Program-made: the position numbers and the translations under genes | Notes under the pieces: generated by a model | Database searches by the model: none | What the model saw: the letters and a program-made list of their open reading frames with translations, nothing else | Told to the model about the DNA's origin: nothing | In this document: positions 60,796 to 64,000 of the stretch, one piece after another | How the letters are laid out: each line of letters opens with the position of its first letter | How positions within the stretch are numbered: position 1 is the stretch's first letter | Source: Schizosaccharomyces osmophilus | Taxonomy: Eukaryota | Direction: 5' to 3' | NCBI RefSeq assembly: GCF_027921745.1 | Contig: NC_079239.1 | Location: forward strand, 930,001-994,000 | DNA length: 64,000 nt

Positions 60796-61575
60796 ACTTG
60801 CAAGTTGGTTTGGGAATTGTTGGTTCTCCGTCGGAGACAGGCATAATCGATTAGTATACTATTACGAAAAGCGCTGCAGTTCACTAAAGAGTAAATAAAA
60901 GAAAGTATAATATACACCTTTTTTAAAAAACCATTCAAGGAACCAGAGCGCTATATTACATGAGAATGATTTTCTTGTCAAACGTGTTGACTAGTTCCTT
61001 AATTTCTTGCAAACAAAAGAATACAGTATATTTAATTCTAGTTAAACCATTTTTAAAGACCTGCAACAAGCTTCAAAGTCGTTTCATGCAACCAGCTCTT
61101 CACAATTCTTCTTTTATTTATTCATTTATATATAATTTCTACTTTGAAAACATGATAACGAACATAATACTTCATTTCTCTTCTCCATAATATTGTGTAT
61201 AAATCTATCATGTTTATTGACTAAAGCGAAAAGGAAAAATTCGTTAATAAAATTACAAGATCGTAACGCAGCACTCTATTTAGCTAAAACCAAATTTTTA
61301 GTAAGAACCGACCAGCTAGCGCAAAGCGCAAAGCATAAAGCACAAGAAAGAACTTGAAATATAGAGCCGAGAAAAGCAAGACAAAATCGCAGTTCAAACG
61401 TTAGACTTCTAAATAAAAGTATTCCAAGGAAATAAGACGCATTGCTGTATATTTTTAAGAGAAGAGCTTAGATTTTTCTCAAGCGTCACGTGACTTGTTT
61501 CGGTTGTGCTGACACCTTGGATATTGAACCTGTCCTTCGCCAACCACAACATTATTGCTGGGATCGTACCAGAAC

Positions 61576-63417
61576 ATGAGCGGAGAGTCGCACAGTAATG
61601 ATGTCAAATCCGAATCAAATGAAGATCAATTTCCTATGGAAACCGCGGCCGTAAATGACGAGAATGACGGTTTGGGGCCGTCGGAAGTTCCTGTGAAGAC
61701 GGAAGAACAGGATACAGATACAGGTTCCAAGAAACGGGACGTTTCCGGAAAGCAAGTTAATGAAGCCACTGAACCATCAGAAGAGGATGCGATGAAATTT
61801 GAAGAGCCTTCCGAGTCTCAATCCCAGTCCCAAAGTCTAACCCAATCTCAGGAACCTGTAGAGAAAAGACAGCGAGGGGATGGAATGCCTCCTCCTCAAC
61901 AAAAGTATTGCGCCGCCATTGTTCGCCAACTCAAACGGACCAAAGATTCAGCGCCTTTTCGTGCTCCAGTAGATCCCGTCAAACAAAATATCCCCGATTA
62001 TCCCACCATTGTCAAACAGCCCATGGATTTAGGAACCATTGAGAAAAAAACAAGTAACCGCATTTATTCTTCACCACAAGAATTCATTGATGATATGAAT
62101 TTGATGTTTTCTAATTGCTTTTTATACAATGGTACGAATTCCCCGGTCGGTTCCATGGGAAAGAGTTTGCAGACGGTATTTGAACGCCAATTAAAGCAAT
62201 TACCAGATTCAGATCAAGCCCCAGCACCAGTATCCAAAAAAACCAAACAAAAGCCATCTCCAGCCCCTGTTGCTGTTGCGACCGCCCCAACTCCTGCTGC
62301 TTCTACCCGTACCCGAAGAAGCTCGTCCGTTTCTTCACTGTCTCGTCCTTCCATTTCTTCTGCTCCCCCTTCTGCCGTTCCCTCTGCTACTTCTCCGCCG
62401 CTTGTTGAAGGCAAACCGAAACGTCGAAAGAACAACTCTCAAATGCGGTACTGTACCACGATATTAAAGGAAATTTATAAACGACAGTACGAGCCATTTG
62501 TCTTCCCCTTTTACCAGCCGGTAGATCCAGTGGCTTGTGATTGTCCCGACTATTTTGAAGTAGTTAAATATCCCATGGATTTGAGTACTGTCCAAGCAAA
62601 ACTCAGTAAAAACGAATATGAAGTACCAGATGAATTTGAGTCAGATATACGATTGATGCTTGATAATTGTTTCACATATAATCCTCCTGGAACCCCGGTT
62701 CATCTTATGGGTCGACAACTTGAAGATTTGTTTAATGAAAAGTGGAATGCTCGTCCCAAATATGATGATGTCACCCTTAATAAACAACAGGCTGTTGAGA
62801 CCGCTTCCTTGTTATATGAAAACGGCGATGAAGAAGCTTTTTTGTCGGAAGAAGAAGTAAATGGTGACAAGTTTGCCGCCGTGGATAAACAAATATCCAT
62901 GCTCCAAGACACCCTAGAAGCTATGAAAGCAAAGAAAATGAAACGCATGCGTAAGCCTCGGCGCCGTGACTCCAACAAAGAATACGGGCCTATCACGTAT
63001 GCTATGCAAACTGAATTGGCTGAGAGATGCAATTATTTAACTGCAGAACAATTATCCACAGTTGCAGAAATTTTAAGAGAAGAAATGCCTTGGTTGCGGG
63101 ATACGGATGAAATCGAAATAGATGTTGGAAATATGAAACCAGAAACTTTTCATCGTATTTATCGGTTTGTCTGTAAACCCGAAGCAACTTCCTCTGATCC
63201 ACCTTCTCCTTCTTTGATGCCATCTAGACACGAGAAAAAGAAAGGCAGAGTGCTTTCGGAAACCGAACAGGCAGATAAAATTCGGCGTTTACAGCAGCAG
63301 TTGGATCGTTTTGCTGGCAAAGCGTCCGATGCACCCCTAGGGCAGTCCCATGAATATGATAGAACATCCGAGTCTGCTGAAAGCGATAATGAAAGTGAGA
63401 GCAGTGAATCAGAATAA
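61576..63417 (+). CDS. bdf1: BET-family double-bromodomain protein Bdf1 (ATG at 61576)
   Basis: Two bromodomains (PFRAPVDP...PMDLGT...NCFLYN; PFYQPVDP...PMDLST...NCFTYN), an ET domain (DEIEIDV) and an acidic tail. Confidence 0.92.
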   Translation: MSGESHSNDVKSESNEDQFPMETAAVNDENDGLGPSEVPVKTEEQDTDTGSKKRDVSGKQVNEATEPSEEDAMKFEEPSESQSQSQSLTQSQEPVEKRQRGDGMPPPQQKYCAAIVRQLKRTKDSAPFRAPVDPVKQNIPDYPTIVKQPMDLGTIEKKTSNRIYSSPQEFIDDMNLMFSNCFLYNGTNSPVGSMGKSLQTVFERQLKQLPDSDQAPAPVSKKTKQKPSPAPVAVATAPTPAASTRTRRSSSVSSLSRPSISSAPPSAVPSATSPPLVEGKPKRRKNNSQMRYCTTILKEIYKRQYEPFVFPFYQPVDPVACDCPDYFEVVKYPMDLSTVQAKLSKNEYEVPDEFESDIRLMLDNCFTYNPPGTPVHLMGRQLEDLFNEKWNARPKYDDVTLNKQQAVETASLLYENGDEEAFLSEEEVNGDKFAAVDKQISMLQDTLEAMKAKKMKRMRKPRRRDSNKEYGPITYAMQTELAERCNYLTAEQLSTVAEILREEMPWLRDTDEIEIDVGNMKPETFHRIYRFVCKPEATSSDPPSPSLMPSRHEKKKGRVLSETEQADKIRRLQQQLDRFAGKASDAPLGQSHEYDRTSESAESDNESESSESE

Positions 63418-64000
63418 AGGTTTTTTCGTTTGTTCTCGCAACTGGATATTACCAGAAAAGGCATTTGTTAGTTTCCTCTCAGAAAAGCCAACAAATGTTC
63501 CTTGAGCGTCGGTTATGTCATATATAATTAATAAGTTTAATAATAGGAACAGTCTTAATGGTTTGTTATGTTCATCAGTTGAAGAATGTTTTAAAGCCAT
63601 GGAAGGACCGTCGCCATTTTCATGTTAGCAAAATTGCTAAATACGATTTTTGATGGACAATACTCTAAAGTTGTGAAGCGATTGCTTAAGTTTTATGAGT
63701 TTGGATCATATAAACGGAAGTTGTCGTTTAGCTTAAGAGGAAGATCACTCAGTTTTTGTCCAATTCACAACATTTGCCTAATATGTTGTACTGTTTATGA
63801 ATTTTTTTCTTTCGTGTATAATGTCTTTTCTCTTCGATAATTGATTTCCTTTTCAATCTACTCTCGATGCTATACCAATCAGTTTAGCAAGATGATTTTT
63901 CTTGTGAAAGTTTTGTACGACCCATGTCGCTCTTTTCCGCCCTTTGCCGCATAAGTTGTGCTTTATGTGCAATACAAAAATCAATTACTCTGTCATTTTT

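Noticed and set aside
60796..60844. Upstream ATG with a GTATGT donor-like site overlapping the mic26 start
   Set aside because: I found no convincing branch site and acceptor downstream, and the unspliced 177-aa ORF looks complete.
1..64000. CRISPR arrays, prophage or other prokaryotic systems
   Set aside because: The sequence is eukaryotic (spliceosomal introns, Pol II and Pol III genes) and has no repeat-spacer arrays.

Overview
Eukaryotic, AT-rich, intron-containing chromosome segment from a fission yeast (Schizosaccharomyces). It is not S. pombe itself; S. octosporus or a close relative is inferred from protein divergence and a 5S rDNA-linked wtf gene. It holds about 25 mostly housekeeping protein genes recognisable as S. 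pombe orthologues (fmp32-like, dis32, rcm1, cor1, aim29, tef3, mto1, mug27, dad5, gaf1, mug72, trp663, naa50, cid12, saf1, trm44, mrp49, rpb3, trp3, cox12, wss2, pre8, mic26, bdf1). RNA genes are the SRP (7SL) RNA, five tRNAs including a tRNA-Ser/tRNA-iMet dimer, and two identical dispersed 5S rRNA genes. The most notable part is an accessory island at about 53.9-60.2 kb. It contains an intact five-exon wtf-family poison-antidote meiotic-drive gene, missed by the ORF track, between two direct-repeat 5S rDNA copies. It also has a probable decayed second wtf copy, a possible decayed wtf-associated gene and many Mei4 FLEX motifs. All gene names and synteny statements come from my recognition of the sequences, not from database searches.
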